This document shows positions 27,264-36,438 of a stretch of 64,000 nt of DNA, in pieces. The DNA comes from Candidatus Limnocylindrales bacterium (GTDB taxonomy: Bacteria; Patescibacteriota; Microgenomatia; Levybacterales; UBA12049): contig DATLDE010000011.1 in NCBI GenBank assembly GCA_035526025.1, positions 49,374 to 113,373 of the forward strand. Direction: 5' to 3'. Position numbers and translations under genes: made by a program. The notes beneath the pieces were generated by a model. The model was not told the DNA's origin. It did no database searches and saw only the letters and a list, made by a program, of their open reading frames with translations. Numbering within the stretch: the stretch's first letter is position 1; every line of letters starts with the position of its first letter.

Positions 27264-27461
27264 TTAATCACGCCTGACCCAAAACTCTAGAACACGTCTT
27301 TTCTGGGGATCAATAGTGATTTTGTCCCAATATTTCTTAAGATGTTTTGTATCAATTTTCTCTCCCTCTAAACCATAATTTATCAATTGCTCAAGCTTCC
27401 AAATAACATGTTTTTCAGAATTTTTCTCAAGTATTGCTGTGTCCGTACTCCAATTATGCAT
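27264..27461 (-). CDS. small hypothetical protein upstream of the Fic-MerR gene
   Basis: 65-aa Lys/Glu-rich ORF in the same orientation as the Fic gene. Uncertain. Confidence 0.3.
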   Translation of the reverse strand: MHNWSTDTAILEKNSEKHVIWKLEQLINYGLEGEKIDTKHLKKYWDKITIDPQKRRVLEFWVRRD

Positions 27462-27572
27462 AAGTCTATTCTACCAGATCCTAAGCGAATATTCAGCATA
27501 AACGGATGGCCTCAATTTAGCCTCAAAACAGCACTTGACAGAAATGGGCCACATTATGTATACTTCTTGTAT

Positions 27573-27845
27573 ATGAATACAACATCTATACATATAAAAA
27601 TAGAAGCTGATATTAAAGCACAAGCTCAAAAAACAGCAGAAGAACTAGGTCTTTCTTTGAGCGCTGTTATGAAAGCATTGCTCAAACAATTCATTCGCAC
27701 AAAACATTTATCCGTAGGATTAAGCGAAGAGCCTTCTTCCTACATGCTTGAAGCATTAAAAAAATCAGATAAAGAATATAAAGAAGGCAAAACTTCCCCA
27801 AGTTTTACCGCAGTTGAAGACTCTTTCAAATGGCTCGATCAATAA
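27573..27845 (+). CDS. RelB/DinJ-family antitoxin
   Basis: MNTTSIHIKIEADIKAQAQKTAEELGLSLSAVMKALL is an RHH DinJ-like N-terminus. Start at the internal ATG of track ORF 27387..27845. The stop overlaps the toxin start. Confidence 0.6.
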   Translation: MNTTSIHIKIEADIKAQAQKTAEELGLSLSAVMKALLKQFIRTKHLSVGLSEEPSSYMLEALKKSDKEYKEGKTSPSFTAVEDSFKWLDQ

Positions 27846-28124
27846 ATGAGCATGTCTATCAAGTATTCAACCACATTCAAAAAACAATATAAGAAAGCTC
27901 CAAAAAAGATACAAGAAAAAGTAAAAGAACGAATCAGTATTTTCGTTCAAGATCCTACAAATCAACAACTGAATAATCATGGTCTCACAGGAAAATTTCA
28001 GGGAATACGCAGTATAAACATCACAGGAGATTGGAGAGCAGTTTATTCAATACGCTTAAATTCACAATCACAAAAGGAGTATTATTTCGAGCTAGTGGGA
28101 ACACATAGCCAACTATATAAATAA
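27846..28124 (+). CDS. YafQ/RelE-family toxin
   Basis: HGLTGKFQGIRSINITGDWRAVYSI...FELVGTHSQLY matches the YafQ/RelE core. Confidence 0.7.
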   Translation: MSMSIKYSTTFKKQYKKAPKKIQEKVKERISIFVQDPTNQQLNNHGLTGKFQGIRSINITGDWRAVYSIRLNSQSQKEYYFELVGTHSQLYK

Positions 28125-28258
28125 CATAATCAGCTCACTTTTCCGGCTCTTCCGCTGCTTGATAAGCCTCCATCAAACTGCTAAAATGGACTATGAACTG
28201 GAGGAAAAGCGGTTCAAAATAAATACTATCCTCCGCACACCAGCGGAAAAATATAAAT

Positions 28259-29089
28259 ATGGAAAAATCACAAATTGAACGTCTCAAAGACGGTACAATC
28301 AAATTGACTATTACAATACCAAAAGAAAAGGTCAGTAAAGCCCGAGAGGACGCCATCGTGCATATTGCCAAACAGGCCAATCTCCCTGGATTCAGAAAAG
28401 GAAAAGCCCCAGAAAAACTTGTTGAGGAAAAACTAGATAAAGCCGAGATCCAAGAAGACGTGCTAAAAAATCTACTACCTGCAGCATATCAGGAAGCTGT
28501 ACTTCAGCATCAATTACGTCCAATTATGAGTCCCAAAATTCATATAGAAAAGCTTGAGGAAGACATGGATTGGACTCTTGATGCCATAACTTGTGAAGCA
28601 CCCGTTGTAGAAGCGGGGGATTATAAGACAAGTGTCAAAAACGTGACTGCAAAGAGTAAAATTATAATACCAGGCAAGGAAGAAAAAAAACCTACATTTG
28701 AAGAAATAGCAAAAGCTCTTTTGGAAAAAGCAGAAGTCGCTATTCCGGATGTCCTACTTGAGCAGGAAACAGATAGATTACTGTCTCAACTTCTGGCAGA
28801 CATTAAAAAATTGGGTCTCAATCTTGAACAGTATCTAGCCTCCACTAAAAGAACTCCTGATGACTTAAGGGCTGAGTACGCAAATAGAGCCAGAGATGAC
28901 ATGAAGCTTGAATTTATTCTCCAAAAAATTGCAGAAAATGAGAAAATAACAGTTGAGGACAGAGAAATTGAGGAGGCTATTCAAAAAGCTAAATCTGATG
29001 AAGAAAGAAAACATCTTGAGGGAAATAGATATATGCTGGCTGCAATACTCAGGCAACAAAAAACACTTGATTTTCTTATGGGACTGTGA
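28259..29089 (+). CDS. tig: trigger factor (N- and C-domains only, no PPIase domain)
   Basis: GFRKGKAPEKLVEE is the TF ribosome-binding signature GFRxGxxP. 276 aa with no FKBP-like segment. Confidence 0.65.
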   Translation: MEKSQIERLKDGTIKLTITIPKEKVSKAREDAIVHIAKQANLPGFRKGKAPEKLVEEKLDKAEIQEDVLKNLLPAAYQEAVLQHQLRPIMSPKIHIEKLEEDMDWTLDAITCEAPVVEAGDYKTSVKNVTAKSKIIIPGKEEKKPTFEEIAKALLEKAEVAIPDVLLEQETDRLLSQLLADIKKLGLNLEQYLASTKRTPDDLRAEYANRARDDMKLEFILQKIAENEKITVEDREIEEAIQKAKSDEERKHLEGNRYMLAAILRQQKTLDFLMGL

Positions 29090-29104
29090 TAGAATCGGGC
29101 TGTT

Positions 29105-29746
29105 ATGGCTAGCAAATTCAAGAAGCTTACAGGCATCAAGAACCCTCTTGAGTCACTAAGTGATTTTACAGGGATAGGCCACGCCACTGCAAAATCCGCA
29201 AAAGACGATATTTTAAAAGGTTCAGCAAATGATTTCATGGAAATGCTCGGACTTGGTCTGGAATCAACAGACAAAAAAGGATCCAAACATTCAGAGCCAA
29301 CTGACATTGTTGATTTTACCAAATCAAAGGATTCTCAAAAATCCAAACCTGAGTCCCGCATCGAGGCAGCAATTGATTACCACCGCGATATAGTCAGGTC
29401 AAGTGAAAATATATCAAGGACTGAGCTTCAGACAATGAATAGTAAAGTCCAGCAGATAAAAATGGAGCTACAAGCGCTTGTTGCATCATCAAAAGACCTG
29501 CAAATGACTTTTGCATCAGTAACAGTTGAGCAGACTACGACAAATATAGGTACATATCATGAAAATTTCTTTGACTGGATGATTAATATGATACGGGATG
29601 CAAGAAAGAAAGTTGAAGACTCAGGATCATGGATGAATGCAGCAAAAGGAAAAGGAAATAAAAAAGGCTACTGGGGAATGTTCAAAAAACATGGCACAAG
29701 CTTTGGTCTTTCAAATGAGCGAAGTGTTGCAACTCAAGTCGGGTAA
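29105..29746 (+). CDS. hypothetical protein
   Basis: 213-aa ORF. Confidence 0.4.
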   Translation: MASKFKKLTGIKNPLESLSDFTGIGHATAKSAKDDILKGSANDFMEMLGLGLESTDKKGSKHSEPTDIVDFTKSKDSQKSKPESRIEAAIDYHRDIVRSSENISRTELQTMNSKVQQIKMELQALVASSKDLQMTFASVTVEQTTTNIGTYHENFFDWMINMIRDARKKVEDSGSWMNAAKGKGNKKGYWGMFKKHGTSFGLSNERSVATQVG

Positions 29747-29750
29747 GCTC

Positions 29751-29887
29751 TTGACCATTTGAAAAAAGTTTGCTATTATCAATTTATGAAATCACAAAAA
29801 TTTGTAACATTATCACTCCTTCTTAACCCGTAAGGGCGGGGAAGAATGTTGTGAATTGAATACCCGCCAACTGAGCGGGTTTTTTTG
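29751..29887 (+). promoter_or_regulatory. promoter + 15-codon Leu-rich leader ORF + intrinsic terminator (putative attenuator)
   Basis: Promoter: TTGACC 29751-56, 17-nt spacer, TATTAT 29774-79. Leader ATG at 29786 encodes MKSQKFVTLSLLLNP* (29786..29833). Terminator hairpin CCCGCCAACTGAGCGGG plus a T-run (29864..29887). The upstream GGGCGGGG (29834-41) could form an antiterminator. Confidence 0.5.
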
Positions 29888-29912
29888 TGGTTTGAAAGGA
29901 GGTGGGAAAAAT

Positions 29913-30233
29913 ATGAGAAATGAGCAAGTACCATTAGAGGTATTAAGAGTAGCAACTGATACAAGATGGCATGATCAGGTTGCAGAAGTAATGAATAAAA
30001 GAAGACCGGGGGCTGTTACGGTCTTTGAGGCAACAGATGATCAACCTAAAGGATATTCATATCCTGTTGAAAGTCCGTTTAGAGCATTAACTAGAGCTGC
30101 ACAAAATTTTGACACAGCTTTAGAAGCTATTACACCTGACGCAGATGCCAGAGCAATAGAAGTCAGAAAAGCAATTAAAAAAGTTTATAAAGATCAAACC
30201 AAAAAAAGATTTGGTAGACGCAGGGGAAAATAA
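29913..30233 (+). CDS. hypothetical basic protein
   Basis: Start at the ATG after the RBS AAAGGAGGTGGG. Track ORF is 29856..30233. Arg-rich tail. Confidence 0.45.
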   Translation: MRNEQVPLEVLRVATDTRWHDQVAEVMNKRRPGAVTVFEATDDQPKGYSYPVESPFRALTRAAQNFDTALEAITPDADARAIEVRKAIKKVYKDQTKKRFGRRRGK

Positions 30234-30292
30234 CTTATCCTTATAATCAAAACTGTTTGGAGGCATATTGAAACAAAGGAGGTGAGTAAATT

Positions 30293-30700
30293 ATGAATAG
30301 AAACATAGAAGGAGATACAAGAGAAAGAATGGTAACTGGTGAAAATTTAGCCATGCAGTTAGCAGGTAAGGTTACAGCAACTCTTGATACAATGTCAGAA
30401 AAAGGTATACCAGATGGTGCTACTGTTGGGCGGTTAAAAGGTGTATTCCCACAAATCAGAGATAGGGATATTGATCGCATCTTGGGTAAATCGTCAAAAA
30501 GAATGGGAACCATAGTGGTACCACGCGATAGTGTTGTTAAATTGGTTGTAAGCGTTGGATATCCAAGTCAAGTTGGAAATAAACCCTTTGATAAAGCACT
30601 GGAAAGTGCAATTCGTGATGAAAATAGAAAGAGGGCCGAAGCGCAACGCCTTAAAAGAAATGGAGGAAGTGTTCAGTCTAGATCTTCCGGAGGAAAATGA
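30293..30700 (+). CDS. hypothetical basic protein
   Basis: RBS AAGGAGGTGAG precedes the ATG. 135 aa. Confidence 0.45.
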   Translation: MNRNIEGDTRERMVTGENLAMQLAGKVTATLDTMSEKGIPDGATVGRLKGVFPQIRDRDIDRILGKSSKRMGTIVVPRDSVVKLVVSVGYPSQVGNKPFDKALESAIRDENRKRAEAQRLKRNGGSVQSRSSGGK

Positions 30701-30724
30701 TAAGCATTACATATTTCAAATAGC

Positions 30725-30855
30725 TTGACGAAAAAATATACTCGTGGTATTATAGCTTAGATGAAGGCGAAATTATTTTTAAATGAAATTAGTATTAACT
30801 CCTAGAGAGAGGTTCTATCGCGTTTGCAATGGACCTCCCGAACGGGAGTTTTTTT
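30725..30855 (+). promoter_or_regulatory. promoter + short leader ORF + hairpin/T-tract upstream of ilvA (putative attenuator)
   Basis: Promoter: TTGACG 30725-30, 17-nt spacer, TATTAT 30748-53. Leader ATG at 30761 encodes MKAKLFLNEISINS* (to 30805). Hairpin CTCCCGAACGGGAG plus 7 T (30835..30855) lies immediately before the ilvA ATG. Confidence 0.45.
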
Positions 30856-32106
30856 ATGCTTATGGAAGTTACTGTTAAAACAATTGATGACGCCGCGAAA
30901 ACACTGGAAAGTGTTGTGAAAAAGACACCTCTTCAGCACAATAAAAGATTATCTGATCAATTTGGTGCAAATATTTATTTTAAACGTGAAGACTTACAAG
31001 ACGTAAGGTCATATAAGATACGCGGTGCATATACTCTGATGAGCACTCTTAGTACGGAGGAGAAAAGTAAAGGGGTAGTTGCAGCGAGTGCCGGAAATCA
31101 TGCACAAGGCGTTGCGATGAGCGCAAGCCTTCTTAAGATAAAAGCGACCATTTTCATGCCGGTTATCACACCGCGTCAGAAAATAAACAAGGTAAAGCAT
31201 TTTGGAAAAGATTTTATAGAAATAAAACTTGTCGGGCAGGTATATGACGAAGCTTCCGCTGCAGCGTACGCATATTGTAAGGCACAAAAAATGGTATATG
31301 TTCACCCATTTAATGATCCACGAACAATGTCAGGGCAGGGAACAGTAGGTAAGGAGATATTGGAACAACTTGAATCATCACCTGATTATATTTTCTGCCC
31401 GATTGGCGGAGGAGGGCTTATATCAGGACTTGGTACTTACGTAAAAGAAAAGTATAAAGATACAAAAATAATTGGTGTTGAACCCAAAGGCGCTCCGGCG
31501 ATGTATGAATCCTTCAAACAAAAAAAAGTTATCACGCTAAACGATATAGATACATTTGTTGATGGTGCGGCAGTAACGACAGTCGGGGACCTGAGCTATA
31601 AGATCGCAAGCCTTGTAACAGACAAAATCGTTGTCAGTGATGAAGGGAAAATATGTACAACTATGATTGAGGTATATCAGAATGAGGGCATCATAGCAGA
31701 GCCAGCTGGTGCCTTATCAATTTCAGCAATAGATGATTTTGCAAAAGAAATAAAAGGCAAAACTGTAGTCTGCATTCTAAGTGGTGGGAATAACGATATT
31801 CTGCGCTATCCAGAAGTTATGGAAAAAAGCCTGGTGTATAGAGGGCTCAAACACTATTTTCTGATAGAATTTGCACAAAAACCAGGCCAGTTAAAACAAT
31901 TTTTAAATCACGCCCTCGGTCCAAATGATGACATTGTACTTTTCGAATACATAAAAAGAAATTCAAGAGAAAAAGGACCTGCATTAATTGGGGTTGAGTT
32001 AACAAAGAAAGAAGATTTATCAACACTTTTGGAAAGAATGAAAAAAATGCAGTTGCGTTATACTAAAATAACAAGTGATGATCCACTTTATGGATTTATA
32101 TTATGA
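30856..32106 (+). CDS. ilvA: threonine dehydratase (threonine ammonia-lyase) with C-terminal ACT-like regulatory domain
   Basis: TPLQHNKRLSDQFGANIYFKREDLQDVRSYKIRGAY and SAGNHAQGVA place it in the PLP fold-II family. Track ORF begins at 30829, but that ATG lies inside the hairpin. 30856 or 30862 is the more likely start. Confidence 0.75.
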   Translation: MLMEVTVKTIDDAAKTLESVVKKTPLQHNKRLSDQFGANIYFKREDLQDVRSYKIRGAYTLMSTLSTEEKSKGVVAASAGNHAQGVAMSASLLKIKATIFMPVITPRQKINKVKHFGKDFIEIKLVGQVYDEASAAAYAYCKAQKMVYVHPFNDPRTMSGQGTVGKEILEQLESSPDYIFCPIGGGGLISGLGTYVKEKYKDTKIIGVEPKGAPAMYESFKQKKVITLNDIDTFVDGAAVTTVGDLSYKIASLVTDKIVVSDEGKICTTMIEVYQNEGIIAEPAGALSISAIDDFAKEIKGKTVVCILSGGNNDILRYPEVMEKSLVYRGLKHYFLIEFAQKPGQLKQFLNHALGPNDDIVLFEYIKRNSREKGPALIGVELTKKEDLSTLLERMKKMQLRYTKITSDDPLYGFIL

Positions 32107-32189
32107 CCCTTCGACTATGCTCAGGTCATTCGACTCTGAGGGAGCCCTCAGGCTCAGACTCGAAGAGATCATGTTGAGTTTATCGAAAT

Positions 32190-32561
32190 ATGAAAAAAAT
32201 TTACACTGATAAAGCACCCAGGCCTGTCGGCCCATATTCTCAGGCAATTATAAGCAATGGAATGGTATTTACAGCGGGACAAATTGGCCTGGATCCAATA
32301 TCAGGTAATCTGGTAGGAGTGGATATTGCAGAACAAACAACGCAAGTCATCAAAAATCTGAATGAAGTACTTACGGAAGCGGGTAGTTCCCTTCAAAAAG
32401 TTATTAAAACCACGTGTTACTTAAAAAATATGGATGATTATACTGTTTTCAATGAAATTTATGCAAAGCACTTTACAAATAATCCAGCGCGCTCAACTGT
32501 GGAAGTCTCCAAACTTCCTAAAGACGCGCTAATTGAAATAGAAGTAATCGCTGAGATTTGA
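32190..32561 (+). CDS. ridA: RidA/YjgF-family reactive-intermediate deaminase
   Basis: YSQAIISNGMVFTAGQIGLDP. 123 aa. Confidence 0.75.
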   Translation: MKKIYTDKAPRPVGPYSQAIISNGMVFTAGQIGLDPISGNLVGVDIAEQTTQVIKNLNEVLTEAGSSLQKVIKTTCYLKNMDDYTVFNEIYAKHFTNNPARSTVEVSKLPKDALIEIEVIAEI

Positions 32562-32571
32562 CTCTTCATTT

Positions 32572-33651
32572 ATGATTAATAAAAACCGCCTGATTAATAC
32601 ATTCCTGGAACTCGTGAAAATTGATAGCCCTTCTGGTGAGGAAAAAGCCATCAGTAAATTCATCGCTTTAAAGCTTTCTGATTTAGGTGGTGAAGTATCA
32701 TTTGACAGTTATGGAAATCTTCTTGGAAAGTTCAAAGGAACAGGGGACGCAATAATGCTAAACGCACATCTCGATACAGTTGAACCCGGACGTGGAATTT
32801 CACCTTTAGTTAAAAATGATCGTATTACAAGTGACGGCCGTACTGTTCTAGGCGCTGATGCAAAATCGGGAATTGCCATGATTTTGGAAGCTATCACTTC
32901 TCTTGTTGAGGATAAAATTTCTCACCTACCACTTGATGTATTGTTCACTGTTGAGGAGGAAACAGGCCTACATGGAGCTTCCAATCTTGACTATACGATG
33001 CTTGAAGCAAAATATGGAATAACTTTTGATGGACAAAGCTCGGTCAATAACATCACAAGTTCTGCTCCCGGGTTTATCCGGGTTGATGCAGCAGTTATAG
33101 GGCGGGGTGCCCATGCTGGCTATGAACCAGAAAAAGGATTATCTGCTATCAAAATAGCTGCAGAAATAATTACCAAACTTGATGTTGGAAGGATTGATTC
33201 TGAAACAACGGCAAATATAGGTACAATTCACGGAGGAAGTGTCAGAAATGCTGTCCCTGAGACTGTACATATTGAAGCTGAGATTAGAAGCAGAAATTTA
33301 GAAAAACTAAATGCTCACAAGACACACTTTGAAAAAGTCTTTAAAGATGCCTCCAAAAAATATACTGATGCAAAAATAGATCTAAATCTTTTTAAAGAAT
33401 TTGATCCTTATCTATTTGATGAAACACAACCACTCAAAAAAATGGCTCTTCAAGCAATTAAAAAAATAGGCCTTGTGCCAAGTCTTAAGCCTTCAGGGGG
33501 CGCAACTGATGTGAACATTTTTCATACAAAAGGATTGAAGGCTTTATGCGTAGGCGCTGGGTATTATAATGCTCACACAACACGTGAATACGCTGTTATT
33601 TCCAAAATGGTTCAAGGAGCCAAGTTTTGTGAAGAAATTGTAAAGATATAA
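32572..33651 (+). CDS. M20-family metallopeptidase (PepT/ArgE/DapE-like)
   Basis: NAHLDTVEPG carries the metal-binding His. Dimerisation-domain layout. 359 aa. Confidence 0.6.
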   Translation: MINKNRLINTFLELVKIDSPSGEEKAISKFIALKLSDLGGEVSFDSYGNLLGKFKGTGDAIMLNAHLDTVEPGRGISPLVKNDRITSDGRTVLGADAKSGIAMILEAITSLVEDKISHLPLDVLFTVEEETGLHGASNLDYTMLEAKYGITFDGQSSVNNITSSAPGFIRVDAAVIGRGAHAGYEPEKGLSAIKIAAEIITKLDVGRIDSETTANIGTIHGGSVRNAVPETVHIEAEIRSRNLEKLNAHKTHFEKVFKDASKKYTDAKIDLNLFKEFDPYLFDETQPLKKMALQAIKKIGLVPSLKPSGGATDVNIFHTKGLKALCVGAGYYNAHTTREYAVISKMVQGAKFCEEIVKI

Positions 33652-33657
33652 ATAATG

Positions 33658-33731
33658 TGGATCTAAGTGGATTCGAACCGCTGACCTCTTCAATGTCAAT
33701 GAAGCGCTCTAACCAACTGAGCTATAGATCC
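33658..33731 (-). tRNA. tRNA-Val (anticodon GAC)
   Basis: Reverse complement is GGATCTATAGCTCAGTTGGTTAGAGCGCTTCATTGACATTGAAGAGGTCAGCGGTTCGAATCCACTTAGATCCA. One C-A mismatch in the T-stem. Confidence 0.7.
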
Positions 33732-33836
33732 TTTTATCTCCTCATTCTAACAAAACCGTAGCTTTTAGACAAACTAAATTTCATAAATTATGAAGGTAAC
33801 CTTGACAGTTCAAAGCATTGATGGTGTAATTGCATT

Positions 33837-34073
33837 ATGCCTAGAGATATTCAACCATATGAAAAAGCTGGTGCACGCTTAAAACTTCGGGAAATAGTAG
33901 CCAATAACTTCATAGGCGGAGTATTTTGGGCTGTTGGAGCAACAGTAGGGCTTGCTATTGTATTCTCTGTACTTACAATTGTCTCAAATAACATTGACCT
34001 TATTCCTGTTATCGGATCATTTGTTTCTGAAATAATTGATTTTGTCATAACCAAGAATCCAAATCTCAGGTAA
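33837..34073 (+). CDS. small membrane protein
   Basis: 78 aa with one long hydrophobic helix. Confidence 0.35.
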   Translation: MPRDIQPYEKAGARLKLREIVANNFIGGVFWAVGATVGLAIVFSVLTIVSNNIDLIPVIGSFVSEIIDFVITKNPNLR

Positions 34074-34112
34074 CATCTTTATAAACTCCTAAAATTCAGC
34101 TATAATCCGTTT

Positions 34113-35861
34113 ATGGATAAAGAAAAATTGGAACACCTCAGACATTCTACAGCTCATCTTCTGGCAGCTGCTGTAATGGAAATCTGGCCAAATACCAAAA
34201 GAGCTATTGGTCCGGCAATAGATAATGGATTTTATTTTGATTTTGAGTTTGAAAATCCAATCTCAGAAGAAAATTTCCCACAAATTGAGAAAAAAATGAA
34301 TGAAATTCTAAAATCCTGGAATAACTTTGAAAAACATTTGTTAACTCCCGATGATGCAAAAAAAGAATTCCCAAACAATCCATATAAACATGAATTAATT
34401 GATGAATTCTCAAAAAATGATGAGAAACTGAGCTTTTATAAATCCGGTACGTATTGGGATCTTTGTAAAGGCGGGCATGTCGAAAATCCATCAAAAGAAA
34501 TCGGAGCTTTTAAATTACTATCAGTTGCAGGAGCATACTGGAGGGGCAGTGAAAAAAATAAAATGCTGACCAGGATTTATGGAACTGCATTTTCATCTAA
34601 AAAAGAGCTTGACGAACATTTAAATATGCTTGAGGAAGCAAAACTACGGGATCATAAAAAATTAGGAAAAGAATTAGATCTTTTTGTATTTTCAGATATT
34701 GTAGGTAAAGGCTTACCCTTATGGACTCCTAAGGGCTCGATTATTCGTCGTGAACTGGAGAGATTTATAACAGATGAAGAAATTAAAAGAGACTATTTAC
34801 ACGTTTATACACCAGATTTAGCAAATGTAGCATTATATGAAAAGTCTGGCCACTATCCCTATTACAAAGAATCAATGTATGCACCGATTAAAGTAGATGG
34901 CGAAGAGTTTATGCTTAGACCAATGTCTTGCCCGCATCATTTTGAACTATATCTTAGCAAGCCGCATAGTTATAAAGAATTGCCAATAAGATATGCTGAA
35001 CTTGCCAAGCTTTATCGTTATGAACAATCAGGCGAGCTAGCAGGACTGCAAAGAGTACGCTCTTTCACTCTAGCTGATGCACATATAGTTGTAAGTGTTG
35101 AACAGGCAACAGATGAAATAACAAAAGTTCTTGATTTAATTGATGATTCGGTAAAATTATTGGGGCTTAAGTTGGGAAAGGACTATTGGTACAGATTGTC
35201 ACTGGGGGACCGAGAAGACGAAAAAAAATATTTCAAAGATGACCTATCATGGGACAATGCAGAAAAAGCTTTACGAGATGCTCTGAAAAAAAGAAAAGCG
35301 GATTTTGAGGAAGCAGCTGGTGAGGCTGCTTTTTATGGTCCCAAGATAGATATACAAATGAAAAATGTAAATGGCAAAGAAGACACAGCTTTCACTGTAC
35401 AGTATGATTTTGTAATGCCAAAACGGTTTAATCTTACATATATAAATGACCTGGGAGAAGACGTAATGCCTGTTGTAATTCATAGATCATCAATTGGTGC
35501 TATTGAAAGACTTATGGCATTCCTAATTGAGCATACTGCTGGTGCATTTCCTACATGGCTTGCGCCTGTTCAGATTTCTTTACTTCCAATTGCGGATAGA
35601 CACATAGAATTCGCAGAAAAAGCCAAAAAAGAATTGAAAAATGCAGGTATACGCGTTGAGATTGATTCCAGATCAGAAAGACTTCAGGCCAAAATTCGAG
35701 ATGCTGCTTTACAAAAAGTACCATTTATGGGTATAATAGGGGATAAGGAATTAGAGGGAAGTACCGTCTCTGTTAGAATGCGGGGAGGAGAAGACTTAGG
35801 ATCTCTATCTGTAACGACACTTAAAGATAAATTAAAAGAAAACATTGATAAGAAAATTTAA
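34113..35861 (+). CDS. thrS: threonyl-tRNA synthetase (lacking the N-terminal TGS/N1 domain)
   Basis: Begins at the HSTAHLLAAAV editing-domain motif, followed by the class II core and the anticodon-binding domain. 582 aa. Confidence 0.85.
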   Translation: MDKEKLEHLRHSTAHLLAAAVMEIWPNTKRAIGPAIDNGFYFDFEFENPISEENFPQIEKKMNEILKSWNNFEKHLLTPDDAKKEFPNNPYKHELIDEFSKNDEKLSFYKSGTYWDLCKGGHVENPSKEIGAFKLLSVAGAYWRGSEKNKMLTRIYGTAFSSKKELDEHLNMLEEAKLRDHKKLGKELDLFVFSDIVGKGLPLWTPKGSIIRRELERFITDEEIKRDYLHVYTPDLANVALYEKSGHYPYYKESMYAPIKVDGEEFMLRPMSCPHHFELYLSKPHSYKELPIRYAELAKLYRYEQSGELAGLQRVRSFTLADAHIVVSVEQATDEITKVLDLIDDSVKLLGLKLGKDYWYRLSLGDREDEKKYFKDDLSWDNAEKALRDALKKRKADFEEAAGEAAFYGPKIDIQMKNVNGKEDTAFTVQYDFVMPKRFNLTYINDLGEDVMPVVIHRSSIGAIERLMAFLIEHTAGAFPTWLAPVQISLLPIADRHIEFAEKAKKELKNAGIRVEIDSRSERLQAKIRDAALQKVPFMGIIGDKELEGSTVSVRMRGGEDLGSLSVTTLKDKLKENIDKKI

Positions 35862-36435
35862 GCCAAATCAAAAGAAAATTTATAGGCTCAATCAAAGAAT
35901 TTTTGCATCCCCTCTAAGAGTTCTAGATGCAGAAGGAACATTAATTGGAGTCCTAACAAAATTTGAAGCACTAAAGCTTGCCCAGGAACAGGAGCTAGAT
36001 CTAGTTGAGATAGCACCAAAAGCAAACCCACCTGTTGCAAAGATAGTTGATTTTAATAAATTTCTTTATCAACAGGAGAAAAAGAAAAAAGAAGAAAAGA
36101 AAAAAGCAAAAACAAGTGAGACCAAGGAAGTTAGACTTGGCCCATTTATGTCTGAGAACGACCTCCAAGTTGTTATCAGAAGGGCCCGGGATTTTCTCGA
36201 AGAAGGACATAAATTAAGGCTTGTTTTGAAATTCAGGGGAAGACAAATAGTCCATCCCGAATTTGGACACAAAATCATAAATAAATTTGTTGAGTCTCTA
36301 AAAGACTTATCAAAAGTTGATAGAGAAGCGCATTTTGAAGGAAAACAACTGGTAGCACTCCTATCAGCTGATAAAGGGGCGCAGGTCAAAAAACCGAGCC
36401 CGCCTGCGAGCGCAAGCGAGACAGGGGAGGAGTAA
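35845..36435 (+). CDS. infC: translation initiation factor IF-3
   Basis: RVLDAEGTLIGVLTKFEALKLAQEQELDLVEI. The true start may be a downstream non-ATG codon (ATT/ATA), as is usual for infC. Confidence 0.8.
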   Translation: MIRKFKPNQKKIYRLNQRIFASPLRVLDAEGTLIGVLTKFEALKLAQEQELDLVEIAPKANPPVAKIVDFNKFLYQQEKKKKEEKKKAKTSETKEVRLGPFMSENDLQVVIRRARDFLEEGHKLRLVLKFRGRQIVHPEFGHKIINKFVESLKDLSKVDREAHFEGKQLVALLSADKGAQVKKPSPPASASETGEE

Positions 36436-36438
36436 AGC

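Noticed and set aside
30829-30855. Track start codon for ilvA at 30829
   Set aside because: It would place the GC hairpin and the 7-T run inside the coding sequence, leaving no ribosome-binding site. 30856 or 30862 is preceded by GGGAG at suitable spacing.
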